51,376 bases of DNA from contig NW_021834013.1 in the NCBI RefSeq assembly GCF_006345805.1, positions 1 to 51,376 on the forward strand. The letters are read 5' to 3'. The translations under genes were made by a program, and so were the position numbers. Positions 22,901 to 37,565 of this stretch are shown here, one piece after another (position 1 is the first letter of the stretch; each line of letters starts with the position of its first letter). The notes below the pieces were generated by a model, which did no database searches, was not told the origin of the DNA, and was given only the letters and a program-made list of their open reading frames with translations. Origin of the DNA: Octopus sinensis (lineage: Eukaryota).

Positions 22901-23703
22901 GGATTATTTAAAGCACTTTGTAAAAAAATGAGAAACAACTACAGGGCTTACTGGCGATTGTTAAACAATTCAGTGATGACATCAGGAGGCAATTTGGCCT
23001 CGATAAATGTGCAAATGCTACCTTTATCAAAGGAAAAATAACAGAAACATCCAACGTTAATCTTGACCAGCAGATTGTGATAAAGGAGTTAGAACCAGCG
23101 GAGAGCTACAAATACCTAGGGGCATTTGAAGAAGATCAGAAGAGAATGTTATCGCAGGGTAAGAGCAATACTCAAGACGGAGGTGAATGCAAGAAACAGG
23201 ATGAATTACAGTTTTAATATCATTAACTGGTCAACTATGGAATATGTAATCTTGACAGAAAAATACGAAAATTGTTCACAATGCATAGAATTCACCACAC
23301 TATGGTAGATATAGAACGACTTTTACAACTGGAATTAACAATGAAGATTACCATTATTGGCCTAAACACTTACCTGAAAAACTCTGATGACCGGATGTTT
23401 TAACTAATGTCAATGCATGAAAACAAGAAAGCATTATACTCAGTAACAATGATATGAGTGTCCCAATCGGCTTAAATGTATCTGTGAAGACCTACCAAAA
23501 ACTGAGCAAGTATAAAGATCTTGAAATAGAAATTAGCAAAATGTGGAACCTGAACACTAAAACGATACCTGTTATCATAGGTGGCCTAGGAATGATAGCA
23601 AAAGGGGTTGATTCCTACCTAGCTCAGGTACCAGGAAACCTCAAAATGGCAGAAATTCAAAAGATAATGCTCATGAGAACTGCCCATATCCTACGTAAAA
23701 TAC
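22900..23703 (+). mobile_element. R4/Dong-type non-LTR retrotransposon, 5'-truncated and internally deleted (RT C-terminus plus RLE C-terminus)
   Basis: FSDDIRRQFGLDKCA, SYKYLG, IRRECYRRVRAILKTEVNARN, and ORF 23454-23726 KLSKYKDLEIEISKMW..TIPVIIGGLG..TAHILRKIL. Confidence 0.88.
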
Positions 23704-24231
23704 TCATGGTTTCTCATCTTAACTGATTGGAAGTGTTATCAAACATGTACTTGTTTTGTCTTGGTATAAAAGATGAACTACAGCAAATATTCTGCTCAAT
23801 ACCACAGATTTGCTTGACAGTTGCTTAACCTTAACCAGTTGAGCATTTCTCTCTTAGTGGGTGACGATATGTGCATCTCTGACCACGAGCAGAACTAGTG
23901 GGGGAGCATCATAGCCATGTGTTGAGTGGAATTCTTTGGGGGCTTGGATAATTCACCAGTGGAAGCATGACTGTCTCTTTCAACATCATTAACCCTTATT
24001 CAGGGACGTTTTGAGCAGGATGGGCTACTCGAGCAAAACAAATTCTTACTGGGCCCCACCTACAAGGGTATCTGCAGTTTATCTTGATATGAGATCACCA
24101 TGTCATGCACATATGGTTGTGATGCATGTGCCTGGTGTACCCTTATCAGACAGGTAGTCATAATGGGTATACTGGGCTTCGTATATTTGTGCCCCAGTTC
24201 CACTTTGATGGCATGCGCTACTCTCTCACTA
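23703..24231 (+). mobile_element. Element D copy 4 (more diverged), fused to the LINE ORF end and followed by (TAA)n
   Basis: Reverse complement of 37592-38131; (AAT)n tail at 24233-24320. Confidence 0.88.
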
Positions 24232-25465
24232 CATAATAATAATAATAATAATTATAATAATAATAATAATAATAATAGTGATGATAATGATAATTATTAT
24301 TATTATTATTATTATTAATATTATTATTTCTTACATCTCAAATTGTCTTCCAGTAATTTGTCTGTTAGTCCCACTCCCCTTAAAAACACAGTAAAACCAT
24401 TCGTATTTGCTTATTAACGTGAGTTCGGTTGGGAACCCCTCCCCCACAAACTCCTAACTGGGTTTTAAAAACCTCGGTGGCACTTGAACCCAGAAAATGA
24501 AGATCCCGAAAAAGTACCGGAAAACACTTTGGCGGACGCACTAAAGATTCTTACAGTTCCCCGCCATGTTGAATAACAATGATTTTCAGCATACGAAGAG
24601 GCTTCGTTATGTTTTTGGAAATTTTACTCCACAGACATACCGTGTGGTTTCAGGTCAGTGCAACTGATTGCCACCTTAGCAAAATGTCTTCTATCTTCTC
24701 TAGCACCGAACCAAATGAATCCCATAGATAGAAACTTTAAGACGCTTGCCATGCGTAGAATGCATTCTTTTTGGAACCCACAATGGTGTTCTTGGCGAAG
24801 AATGGAGAGATTTTTGTCTCTCCTCCGTAAACTTCAGTGAAATAGCCATTTTAATTTCAAATATGGCCCAAACATATTTGAACTATAATTCTTTATATAT
24901 TTGTGTACAATATTTGGTAATCTTAACACTATCACTCAGACACACACGCATACATACACAGAGGAGCACACTCTGTCATACAAACACACACACACAAGCA
25001 CTTTCACACACAAACGCAGATAACCGCCCACTAGCATTAACATACATACACACACATATTCATAGTCACACACAGAAGAACACACTCTTCACGCCCCTCC
25101 CCCTATACACATTGGTCATTATCAGGTAGATTTCATATTAATTTGCTTCTGTTAATTGTACACTGACCGAAAGAAAAATAAGCATAAAACAGAACATGAA
25201 ATCAAAAAAAAACAAGTAAAAACAAAAAAAATATCAATAAAGACAGAAAGCAGAATACGGGCACATCACAACAGCAACAACAACAACAACAAAAACGAGG
25301 ATGTCATTATCTTTGCTTTCGTAGACTGAAGTACAAGTGAAACATCACGGGTTCGCATGTCAGTCACACTACCGTATAATATAGTAGCACACCGTATTCT
25401 CGAACAAACCACTGCAATACGCAATCACCGTCCTCATCATCCCTCATAACCCAACCCATCCTAAC

Positions 25466-25498
<33 letters not shown>

Positions 25499-26465
25499 AC
25501 ACACACACACACATTTCTTCTAATACGTGGACAGCTGGATGAACGATTGCAAAAGCAGAAAGGATATCGAGTGTCAATTGTTTGATATATTGACTGAATC
25601 GACGGCAGTTTGATGAGAAGGTGGTATCATTTCTTGCAAGCAATTTCCACGCGTATTTCTAGTTTGACTGCGACGGGGGATTCTCGATGAGTGTTTATCG
25701 AGAGTTTATGGTTTCAAGATCAGATCTGTTAAATCTAAGAAATAAAAGGAGATTAAACAAACAAATAAGAGGAGAAAAAGCGAAAAACAAATTGTGATGG
25801 AGGTGGTGGTGGGGATAGGTGGTTGGGTGGTTGGGTGGTAAATCTCTGACAGGCACAATATTTCAATGAGAGGATTGAAAGGCGGGAAGTGGAGAGAGGG
25901 GTGGGTTGGGGCTTTATAGGGCTCCCGCCGAACAAGTAAATATATCAGGGATCAACAATATTTCATACACTCTGCCTACATCGCCTGATCACGTTTAATT
26001 AAAAGAACTATTTACATTGGCTGCAGGAATGCAATGCGATCATGTATCATTCGACACACACACACAATTGCATGCTCGCGCGCGAAATATACTCAGCAGA
26101 CACCGTCGCCACCACCACCACCACCACCACCACCATCACCGCTGCTCTGCTACCTCTGTGTGTGTGTGTACGAGCGTATGAGTCTGTATATGTGCATGAA
26201 TGTGCCCTTCTGTGAGTATATTTCTAAGAGTGCCTGTGTAGGTATATGCATATATATGCGCGCGTATGCGTTAATGTATATATGTATGTGCGGGCGGCGC
26301 GTATGTAAGTGTGAATGTATATATATCTATGTATACTTGTGTGCGCTTGTGTGAATGAATGCTTACACATATATAATACAATAGGATATAATACACACGC
26401 ACATACGAATACATATAGATATGCATACATAGATATGCATACATTCACACAAATATGTAGATATA

Positions 26466-26845
26466 CTTTTATACTTTTATTTGTTTCAATCATTTAACTG
26501 CGGCCATGCTGGAGCACCACTTTTAGTCGAATAAGTCCACCTCAGGACATATTTTTGTAAGCCTAGTACTTATTCTATTGGTCACTTTTGCCGAACCGCT
26601 AAGTTACGGGGACGTAAACACACCAACATTGCCTGTCAAACGATGATGGAGAGACAAACACAGACACACAAATATATACATAGACATATATATATACGAC
26701 AGGCTTCTTTTAGTTTCCGTCGACCAAATCTACTTACAAGGTTTTGTTCGGCCCGTGGCTATGATAGAATACATATTCCCAAGGTACCACGCAGTGGGAC
26801 TGAACTCGGAACCATGTGGTTGGGAAAAAAAGCTACTTACCACAA
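26466..26845 (-). mobile_element. SINE family C, near full length
   Basis: Colinear with 15641-16023. Confidence 0.85.
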
Positions 26846-27189
26846 ATAATTTTAAAATCTCACTTTAACTTCTTATAATACAGAATGATGCAATAGCTCC
26901 GGTGTGCATGTGTGAAGAGGGGCAATTCTTTTTCTCAGAGAGAGGGAGAGAGAGAGAGAGAGAGGTTGGAGCACCATTATTGGCAGCCAATTCTTTGGAC
27001 TGCTCCTAGTGTTTTGGTCCATTATCTGCGTTGCAATAAACTAATGATTGTGAGCGCCTCGGGGCTGCATAACAATACTAACAACACCAAAATAGTAACC
27101 GCTTCTCTTATTGCTCTCGATCTATTCGTGTAGGGCTGCCCTGGGACTTCATAACTACAACAATCGAGAACATGCTTACAAAATAGGTA

Positions 27190-27525
27190 ATTTATGCATT
27201 GGCACTCCGTCGGTTACGACAACGAGTGTTCCAGCTGATCCGATCCACGTAACAGTCAGCTCGTGAAATTAACGTGCATGCGGCTGAGCACTCTATAGAC
27301 AAGCGTGCCCTTAATGTAACTCTCGGAGAGATTCAGCGTAACACAAAATGTGACAAGGCTGGCCATTTTGTATTGCAGGTACCACTCATTTTTATCAGCT
27401 GAATGGACTCTGGAGCAACATCAAATAAAGTGTCATGTTCAAGGACACAACACGTCGACGGGAATCGAATTCACGACCTTGCGATTGTGAACTGAATACG
27501 CTCACCACTAAGCCACGCGCTTTCT
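27190..27525 (-). mobile_element. tRNA-derived SINE family E
   Basis: Colinear with 32575-32878; sense head has TGGCTTAGTGG (A-box) and GAATTCGATTCC (B-box). Confidence 0.8.
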
Positions 27526-27744
27526 ATCCGATACAATAGCAAATTCATTTGAAATGCTGATAGACGAACCTAGGGGAGGGTCCTCTCTGGGTTGTCTTCA
27601 AGTACACGAAACCTAACATCTAAATCTACCCCCAGCATCATGGAGACTGAAACATGAAAATCCCCTCTTCGGGAACTGAATATATTGAGATGAATGTTTA
27701 TGCTATTTTTAAATGTTATTTGCACAGGTTATCGAAAGATAATA

Positions 27745-27945
27745 AGGCTAAGAAATTTTAGAAGTGGAGGTAGGTCGATTACATCGACTCCAGTACTTGA
27801 CTGGTACTTTATTTCATCGTCCCGAATAGATGAAAGGTAAAGCCGACCGCGGTAGAATTTGAACTAAAAATGTAAAGAATCAAAAGAAATGTCACCGCTA
27901 ACCATTTTGTTCGACACGCTGACGATTCTGCCTGGTTGCCGCCTT
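27745..27945 (-). mobile_element. SINE family B monomer (diverged)
   Basis: gtcgattacatcgac.ccagt...gatgaaaggtaaag.cgacc.cgg.agaatttgaact. Confidence 0.75.
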
Positions 27946-28929
27946 TTGTCGAATAATCAGCATGAAAATATACAAATGAAATATTGAAAATTATTACGTG
28001 AAATATTGGTTAAAAAATTTAAACATATAGTGACATTTTAAAATAGTTGTTGATATTCAAATGCTGAAGAAATCGCAAAGTTCTTTTATGACGTCGTATT
28101 TAGTATTATGACGTCATCACACTGAAGTAGTTTTCAGAATTTCGTTATTCTTATTTCCATATCTTCAATGTTTACTTGATATCAACAATAATTCTATAGA
28201 TTCTCGCCTTCATCCGATGAAGATTCGTCGATTTTTATATAGACAACAGTTAAGTCTTACCCCTAAAAACAGCATAAATTTGCCTTCACACACAAGTACC
28301 ATTATAGAGTCACATGGCGTTATCAGGCATAATTATATGCAAAGACATCTTTATACATCCATTCATTCCTAGAATTAATTTCTCTTTTCTATTATTATGT
28401 TCTAATTCCCAATTATTGTACAAATAATACTGTTTATTCAATAACCAAATCCTGCCGCTGCATTCTTAGCTTTTCTCTATAGAAGAACTGATTTCAAGAA
28501 TGAGATTGTAGTTTTCTGGATTGATTTAGTCTTACAACATTGCAGATAAAGGGTGTGGTCACGTTAGCCTATCACAAGGAATGATTTCATGAGGAACGTT
28601 GGTGCCATAGATTTTAAGTTTATTTTTATCCGTTTCCTTGATAATACAGTTTTGCTTTATTCTTTATTTTATTTTTGCTGATTTTTCAAAATATTTCATT
28701 TGGATTTATTAAGATGAATTTTTTCTTCTTTTTTTTCACTTTTTGAAAATTTTCAACAAAATTTCTGTTTGTGCATTTCTGAAAAAAGTATCCTTATAAA
28801 TTTATTTCGGTTCAAATTTTTACTGCCGTTTTATAAATATTCTCCAACCTCTTCTTATTTCTATTTTATTTCTATAACTGTATCGCCATTTTGATTTATA
28901 CGATCACCTCCAGCCAAACATGATTTTGT

Positions 28930-29460
28930 TATTTGTTGGGTTATCAGATAAATTCGTTTTTTATTCAAGATTTTTTTAATCCATATTTTTCATCAACAAA
29001 TTTAATAAATCAGTCAATAATATATTCTTCCTCATTGTTCAGGATTTCTTGCCAACGTTCCACTAGATTGCGAATCTCTAACGGTTTAAAAATCACAATT
29101 CCTGACTCGAAGAATTAATTCTTCGAGACACCTTTCCAGCTCTACGATGTTGTTGAACGAAACACCTAGCATATTGTTGGTGGGCGACTATATTTGGAGA
29201 ATGTAGTTAGTGCGATAGAATATCTCAAAGGAGTACTTGAATAACATTTTTAGATAAACAAGTGACGGGTAGCGAGTGGTGCCAAGTTGACGGAATACAG
29301 TGTGCCGCGCTGAAGAAACACGCCGCGTCGCCACTGAAATCCTTGTTGAGTCGGTGCAGTGGTTGTTTTGCAAGAATTTGGTTGTCGATTATATCTTCCC
29401 ACTTCAATCAGATGCAGATTTTCAGGTATGTATCTTCCGTGGATGCTTACCTGAAAATAT
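28930..29460 (-). mobile_element. Mariner-family transposon 3' fragment, heavily decayed
   Basis: Manual translation: LHRLNK..RRGVFLQ, LYSVNLAPLATRHLF (cf. PYSPDLAPSDYHLF) and IRNLVERWQEILNNEEEYIID* (mariner C-terminus); TIR-like tattt-gttgggttatcagataaattcg at ~28931. Confidence 0.7.
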
Positions 29461-29672
29461 TCGTACGTGTTATATGTGTGCGTATGTATGTGCATGTGTA
29501 TGTGTGTAACTATCTATGAATCTCTTCTACTTTTTAATTATTATAAATGTTCCACTGAGGAGAGAGCCAGTTTCCAACAAAGATACAAGGCTCCATCTTT
29601 GGAATGTAGTTAACACAAATTCACATTTGGAACTTGAGAAAAGTCTTGCATCTTTTTACTGTTCCACTCACA

Positions 29673-29721
<49 letters not shown>

Positions 29722-30113
29722 ATATTATATATATATATATTTATATATGATTGATTGATTGATTGATTCTAGTTTCAGCTCATGAGCTGTGGCCATGCTG
29801 GTGCACCGCCATTTTATATATAAAAGAATTCAAAAAATGGGACAAGAACGCAACAGGCGACAACAAAGCATCCAGATAATTGGATGATACAAAAAGGAAC
29901 ATGGAAAAACGAGGGCGGGTCATTCGGAGTTTTCTTTCGTCAGTCGAGATCCGGATTATCCTTGCAGTTTCGGCTGGTTATACACGAGACTGCTCCAATC
30001 TGGCCAGCCCCACGGAAAATCGAAGCTAAGAGCACTACATTCCTTGGAAGAAAGCAGCGAATGTGTACGAAAACCAGGACGGAAAAAACGAAGAAATGGT
30101 ACACTAATACGAA

Positions 30114-30155
<42 letters not shown>

Positions 30156-30734
30156 ATATATACAGCCGACCCATGGAAATGGACCTTTATTTCTGATGAA
30201 AACGAGCATGAAAGGACTCTTATACTGATCTCGCTTTCACACCCGCGTATGTATATATAATTATATACCCACGTTTCCACTAGAAATACATGATCTATGT
30301 CTTGAGGCATGCTATATAAAATATGTATGTATATTTTAATGAGTAAATCGCTTGATTTATTTTCTACATGCCATTTGTATAAACAAATTTCTCTATATTT
30401 ATAAGTATATGCAAATGTGTGAGCGTGCGTGTGTATATGTGTATGTGTGAGTCTGTGCGCGTGTTCATGTGTGTGCTTATGTGTACGGACATACAGCGAG
30501 GGGATTTCAGTAAACAGTTGCTCGTTAGAATGGCAGGATGCGTCATTTCATGCATACATGCATCGAATTAGTATCTTTATATCATGCATACATGCATTAA
30601 TATATCTATCGATCTATCTGTCAATGTGGTGTGTGGGTGTGGGGAGAGGAGCGTTCGCGTGTGCGCGTGTATTATCTGCCTCTCTATCTTTATTATTAAT
30701 TTGAGCATCAATGGTTGTATGCATTAATACATGT

Positions 30735-30756
30735 ATGTGCGTATGTACTTGTATAT

Positions 30757-30816
<60 letters not shown>

Positions 30817-30830
30817 ATGTATGTATGTAT

Positions 30831-30906
<76 letters not shown>

Positions 30907-30993
30907 TTGTATACATACGCACATACACACACATATATATTAAAATATGTGTGTGTTTGTGGATGTACAGATGCGCATATATATACATATATA

Positions 30994-31089
<96 letters not shown>

Positions 31090-31112
31090 TGTATGTATGT
31101 ATGTATGTATGT
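30735..31112. repeat. (TA)n/(TACA)n/(TATG)n compound microsatellite
   Basis: Direct reading. Confidence 0.95.
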
Positions 31113-31927
31113 CCATCCATTCACCTAACCATCCACCCACCTACCCGTTCATATATACATACAAATATTACGCGCATAGATCCATGCATATTTTATAGAC
31201 ACCTACATTTCTATTATCGACTGAATTTATTTGAAAATTATTAGTGTATGTGCGCAGAAATATGAATGTTCAAAAATATATTTAACGTAGGATGTTTTGG
31301 TTGGTGGTGGTAGTTGGTAGGCGGGGAGTGTACATGTAAGTATACATACATACCAATTAAAAAAATGGAAAGCAAGAAACAAAAAAGAAACAAAAATTGA
31401 AATCAACTGACACATGCACGTTTCTGTATAAATATACGTAGTTGCTTTGGTGTGTGTTTCGGCTTGTCAATTGGTCTGTTTCTTGTGTAGGAGTGAAGAG
31501 AATGGTTTTGCTTATGTAAACACATATTTACAATATCTATTGTATTTTACAATTCCAAAGAATTCCTTTCGCTGTCTTTGCTATATTTCTTTATTTTTAT
31601 TTCACTGTATTTCGTTGTATCTTTTGTGTTTTTTTTCTTTTTGTTCGGTGTTTGTTTTTGCGATTTACAAAGATTTTCGTTCTGTCTTTTTCGCTTTTCT
31701 CTTCGTTGTGTTTGTCTGAGAAATTATGACTGTGAGGTCATGTTCTTTTGCAGAAGACTATAATCTAAACAAATCCGTTTGACTCGCTTAAAGTATTTCT
31801 CCTGTATTGCTTGTCTCTTTCCGTCTTCTTTTTCTTGTTCTTGTAAGATTTGGTCATTTGCATTTCTTGACTGAATGTAATTTTGCCGTTTATATTATCA
31901 AATAGGTTTATTGATTGATTTTCTGCG

Positions 31928-32085
31928 GCGAGAGAGAGAGAGCGAGATGGAGAGAGAGGGGGTAGATAGAGACAGACAGGCAGAGAGGGAGAGAGGAGAA
32001 AGAGAGGAAGTCAGAATGAGGGAGAAACAGAGATAGAAAGAGGAGAGAGACACAAAGAGAGAGAGAGAGAGAGAGAAAACAGAGT

Positions 32086-32121
<36 letters not shown>

Positions 32122-32345
32122 TGAAAGAGGAAAAGAAAGAGAAAGGGAAGCCGAGAAAGAAAAGAGAAAAAAAGAGAAAGTGATAGAAAAAGAGAACGAA
32201 AGGGAGAGAGAAAAGAAAAGAGACAGAAAGATAAAAAGAGGACGGGGAAAAGAAGACAGAGAGAAAGAGGGAAAAGAAGAGAGAGAGAGAGAGAGAGAGA
32301 GAGGGCAGGAGAAAGAGGGAGAGAGAGAGAGAGAGAGAAAGAAAG
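31928..32345. repeat. GA-rich polypurine tract
   Basis: Direct reading. Confidence 0.9.
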
Positions 32346-32574
32346 GACTAAAGAAATGACAAATTGTTAAAAATTTACTTCGCAGCCATGTGTTCCAGGG
32401 TTCGTTTCTGCTGTAAATATAATTTTCTCTCACCCCTGGATCGACTCATTCTTTGCAAGTAAAATTGGGCTGACGGAAACTGTATGGAATCCCATCGTAT
32501 TGATTACACCTGTAATTTAAAATATACAGCCTTCTCATTCAAACTCTGTCGCCTCAATCCTGCATGAGAACTTT

Positions 32575-32878
32575 AAAATGAGGGTCCCAGCTGATACGAT
32601 CAACGGAACAGCTTGCTCGTGAAATTAACGTGCAAATGGCTGAGCATTCCACAGACACGTGTACCCTTAACGTAGTTCTCGGGGATAATCAGCGTGACAC
32701 AGAGAGTGACAAGGCTGACCCTTTGAATTACAAGTACAACTCATTTTTGCCAGCTGAGTGGACTGGAGCAACGTGAAATAAAGTGTCTTGCTCAAGGACA
32801 CAACGCGTCGCCGGGAATCGAACTCACAACCTTACGATCATGAGCCGAATGCCCTAACCACTAAGCCACGCGCCCTCA
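32575..32878 (-). mobile_element. tRNA-derived SINE family E, full length and low divergence
   Basis: Sense head GGCGCGTGGCTTAGTGGTTAGGGCATTCGGCTCATGATCGTAAGGTTGTGAGTTCGATTCCC has A and B boxes; no tRNA 3' acceptor stem follows. Confidence 0.88.
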
Positions 32879-33084
32879 CGCATGAGAACTACCGATAAGG
32901 TTACGCGTGTCTGCGTAGTACTCAGCGATTTACACGTTGATTCAAGGGTAAGTAATTCAATTGCTATCAAACAACTGAAATCTCATCCTCAAATGGAGAC
33001 TTTCTTCCTCTAATCTTCTACACTTCATAGAAAGGAAGGACTTAGCAAATGGTTATATCGAGATGCTTCGTCAACGGTGCAAAC

Positions 33085-33350
33085 TAGAGGTTCTCAAACT
33101 TTTTGGGCCACCCACCTCATGGTCACATAATACCCTCAGCGTCCCACTATTATTTTATGTATAAATATATATTTTAGATTTTACTATTTTATATATATTA
33201 TGAATCATTTGGTAATTAATATAATATTATATAATTTGTATACAATACTATAATAATATTTAATAAATTCATAGTGTACCCCCAATCCACTGCCTCATAG
33301 CGTACCCCAATCCAATGCCTCCTTTTCTCTACTATTCTCCACCGCCTCCT
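33085..33350 (+). mobile_element. Possible hAT (Charlie-like) MITE fragment
   Basis: Terminus-like tagaggttctcaaactttttggg resembles hAT TIR starts; the partner TIR was not found. Confidence 0.3.
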
Positions 33351-33399
33351 TAGGCACCAGTGCTCATCTGGACCATTTCAGGCCCACCGGGGGGTATAA

Positions 33400-33960
33400 A
33401 CGGACAAAGTGCGAGTCGGCATTTCCTTATCACGTCCTCGGCGAGGCCATTCGTTTCCTTTTAGTTGTCTCCTTCTTTAAATGCTTCTTCCTCAATCGCT
33501 CATCCAACCCGGCCACTAAATACACTGTAGTTGTTTTTGTTTAGCATTTCATCATAGGCGTTCCAGACATGACTGTCCCATCTTCTATTCCGATTTAATA
33601 TATCTAGAACTGCATAAGTGCAACGTAGTCTGCCGTTTCTCCGTCATTGTCATCGTTATCGCCATTGTCATCGCTGTCATTGCTGTGGTTGTTCTTTTGG
33701 GTTAAACCAAGATTTCATTCAAGAAAACTTACGGCCAAACTCTTCTCATTCGCGGTCACACTATATTCCTTCATCCTCAAATGTGCTCGTACTATTTTAT
33801 CTCTTGCGATCTTCATTCTTAGCAAAGTTAGTTGGTATTTTAGGGAGGTTTCGATGCTGCTTCTAGCATGTTAATCCCTCTCTATTGGCGCATATTGGTT
33901 TATTTGTTGTTGTTTAATCCTTGTCCAGTCAGTCTTAATACAGCACCCCTATGATCACAC
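33400..33960 (-). mobile_element. Possible highly decayed R4/Dong-type fragment
   Basis: Weak peptide echoes only (RGINMLEAA; LRKKHLKETT; KCRL). Confidence 0.3.
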
Positions 33961-34089
33961 AATTCAATATGTCCTTCAGTTTAAAGAAAATTAATGACTG
34001 ATATGAGTGAAATTTCGGTGCTATTAATTGCAGAACCGGAAGCTACTTACAGGCTTTGAAGTAGGTATATGTTTCTAATTAACGATGAT

Positions 34090-34215
34090 CATGAGTTCAA
34101 ATTCCGCAAAGGCCAAGTTTGTTATTTATGTCGATAAAATAAAGTACCAGACAAATATTGGGATCAATATTACTGACTCTCCTCAAAATTGCTGGCCTTG
34201 TGCCTAAAACAGAAA
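34090..34215 (+). mobile_element. SINE family B fragment
   Basis: gagttcaaattccgc, gtcgataaaataaagtaccag, aaattgctggccttgtgcc. Confidence 0.7.
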
Positions 34216-34905
34216 CCATTATGAAGCAGCAAGATGGAAGAATCTTTAGTGCGTTGCGATATATATATATACAGATAGATAGATAAGCATATATACATAC
34301 GTATACGTACGTACATACATGTATACGTATATACATATGCATATTTGGGCACAGAACTTCTCAAAACATAAAGAACGAAAAACATGGAGTACGAGGACAT
34401 GGAATGAGGGCTTTTCTTTTGCAAGCAATGAAAGAAACAAATGGAAAACAAGGCAAGAAACACAAGGAACGACTCTTCATCAGTTGTCGGCTGTTTTTCT
34501 AATCCGTATTTCGAGCCGAGCAATTCACGATATATATATATATACACGTATGAGTGTGTGTGTGTTGTATATGTGTATGTATGTATGTATGTATGTATGT
34601 ATGTATGTATGTATGTATGTATGTATGTATGTATGTATGTATGTATGTGTGTGTATGTATGTATGTATATGTGTAATTATATATGCATATAAGGCATTGG
34701 CCAATGCAGGCTTAGAAAACACTGGCCTGAGATGCGTGAGATGATGCTGAACTCGAATCTATGTGGTTTCGAAACAAATTGTTAACCATATAGCCATGTT
34801 GAACCTTTTATGCACAACAAAGCATTGTGTGTGTGTGTGTGGTGGGGGTGAACTGTGAAGATGTGCGTTAAAAATTCTTTATCAATTAAAATGTCTCTTC
34901 TTATT

Positions 34906-34946
<41 letters not shown>

Positions 34947-35016
34947 CATACAGACAGACATATATATATATGTGTGTGTGTGTATACATATATATCTATA
35001 TCTATATTTATATCTA

Positions 35017-35101
<85 letters not shown>

Positions 35102-35684
35102 CTATATCTATATTTATATCTATATCTATCTATATATATATATGAGCTAAACAAAACAAAGACACAAAGCCCTAGTGGTTATCGTCTGAAACAAAAGGGG
35201 AGATGATATCAATAAGTTATGAATTAATTTCACAAAATTTATTTACATTCTCCGGGGTGAAAAGAAAAGTTGATCTTTGTTTCCAAGTCAAGAAGAGCGC
35301 CGTGTATATTTGTATGCATTGTGTAACAGTTAAAACCAATGGGGAAGTTATTTGATTACTAAAGATTAACCATTTTACAATGACCAACGAATAATAGATA
35401 ACAAATAACACGTGTTTGTCAGGTCACCTCCTATGGTTCTACTTTCACTTTCTTTTTCAGGCAACGGTCTATAGTTACTCGCGTAACGTAATTAGAATCT
35501 TCGTTATTACTTTTTTGTTATTGCTGTTATTTTGTTGTTGTTTTTGTTGTTCTTATCGTCACTTTTATGGTTGTTTACTGTTGTTGTTGTTGTTGTTGTT
35601 AATGGTGATGTAGATGTTTTTTCGTGCTGCTCTTGTTGTTTATTACTGCTTTCGGTGTTAAGGGTTGAACCCACTGGTAATGCT

Positions 35685-35994
<310 letters not shown>

Positions 35995-36598
35995 CGTTGA
36001 AGCATTTATTGTTGATTCAGATGTTTCGTATAAGTTTACAAATTAATATTGCTGTTATTTTTGTTTTTGCCTTTATTGTAATATTTTCCCCCTTCACTGG
36101 TTCTGGTGGTGGTGGTGGTTGTGTTTGTAACAATGGTTCTGGTGGTTGTGATTCTTGTGGTAGTTGTTGTGATGTGGTGGTGGTGGTCGTCGTGGTGTTG
36201 GTGCTGATGGTGATGGTGGTGATAGTGTTGCTCTTGTTGTTGTTGTTGATGGTGGTGGTGATGGTAGTATTGATGGTGGCAGCGGTTGTAGAAGTGTTGG
36301 TGGTTGTAGTGGTGAAGATATTTAGTGGTAGTGGTGGTGGTAATTGTGATAGTGATCGTGTTGACGGTGATGGTGGTGGTGGTAGCGGTGGCAGTGGTAG
36401 TTGTCTTTGGCGGTGGTGGTGATGGTGGTGATTATGGTGGTAGTGGTTATCTTTATTCGTGCCATTGTTGTTGTTGTTGTTGTTATTATTATTGTTATTG
36501 TTGTTGTTGTTGTGTCCCGATACTTCTTCGTCTTTGATGAGGTCAGTGTCAATAAGTGCTGATGAGATGATGCCAATAAGCGGTGATGTCTCTGTCAC

Positions 36599-36643
<45 letters not shown>

Positions 36644-36847
36644 CTTAATCACCAAGGTGTGGAAAGATAAGAACCGCGGCAACGAACGCCAAAATTGTTG
36701 CGTTTCGTTTTGATTGATATCGATTACGTTAGTTTTGACAGAACATCAACATCCTACTCACCTCATATGCGCGCGCACGCATCCACGCACTTGCTTAGAC
36801 CCAAAATACACACACAGACACATACACACACACACACACACACACCA

Positions 36848-36898
<51 letters not shown>

Positions 36899-37014
36899 AT
36901 AGAAGTGTGAGACCGAAATCAAGGGAAGTCACAATTATTATTACAATGAACATCACTACCAAAAACACCACCAGCACCAGCGCCACCACCACCACTACCA
37001 TCATTATTTATTTT

Positions 37015-37084
37015 AATAACAATAATAGTAATAATAATAATTATTATTATTATTATTATTATTATCATCATCATCATCATTATT

Positions 37085-37154
<70 letters not shown>

Positions 37155-37250
37155 ACATTATTATTATTATTATCGCCATCCTCCTCCTCCTCATTATTAT
37201 CATTATTATTAATATTGTTATTATTATCATTATTATTATTATCATTATTA
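37015..37250. repeat. (ATT)n/(CAT)n compound microsatellite
   Basis: Direct reading. Confidence 0.95.
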
Positions 37251-37565
37251 TTTTTATGTTTGACTTTTGCTCTACATTTGTACAAGTTGGCTCCAAATCT
37301 CACCCAGAGACCTCAAGAGACAACAGGTTGGAAGTTCATGTTGGTGTTATGCCTAGGGTGCCATATATTTGGTTTTGTACATAGTGTTGTTCTAGAGAAT
37401 GCTTAAGAAACCATAAGACAATTGTTTGTTTTAAAACTTGAGATTACATAGAAAGTATTTTACGTAGGATATGGGCACTATCTTTTGAATTTCTGCCATT
37501 TTGGGGTTTCCTGGTGTCTGAACTAGGTAGCAATCAGCCCCTTATGCTATCATTCCCAGGGCACA
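37250..37565 (-). mobile_element. R4/Dong-type LINE 3' end (last codons plus native 3' UTR); same subfamily as 22900-23703
   Basis: ALGMIA*GADCYLVQTPGNPKMAEIQKIV..AHILRKILSM* matches 23580-23703; followed on the sense strand by (AAT)n. Confidence 0.88.

Noticed and set aside
28150-28925. LTR-retrotransposon gag remnant
   Set aside because: Only vague peptide echoes amid many stops; no LTR, primer-binding site or pol motif.
29925-30050. Hammerhead on the minus strand (CCAGCC-GAAAC ... CUGACGA)
   Set aside because: A GGCTGG/CCAGCC stem and both half-motifs exist, but their order and pairing do not give a type I, II or III topology. Probably a repeat fragment, but no second copy in the window supports listing it.
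30185-30230. CTGATGA...GAAA hammerhead-like motif
   Set aside because: No stem II pairing and no NUH/stem I. Similar isolated motifs at ~11546 and ~17820 (minus) also fail.
32800-32878. tRNA gene
   Set aside because: A and B boxes are present, but the sequence continues into a SINE body shared with 27190-27525 and lacks a complete cloverleaf and acceptor stem. The same applies to 2300-2330, 13550-13620 and 16207-16270.
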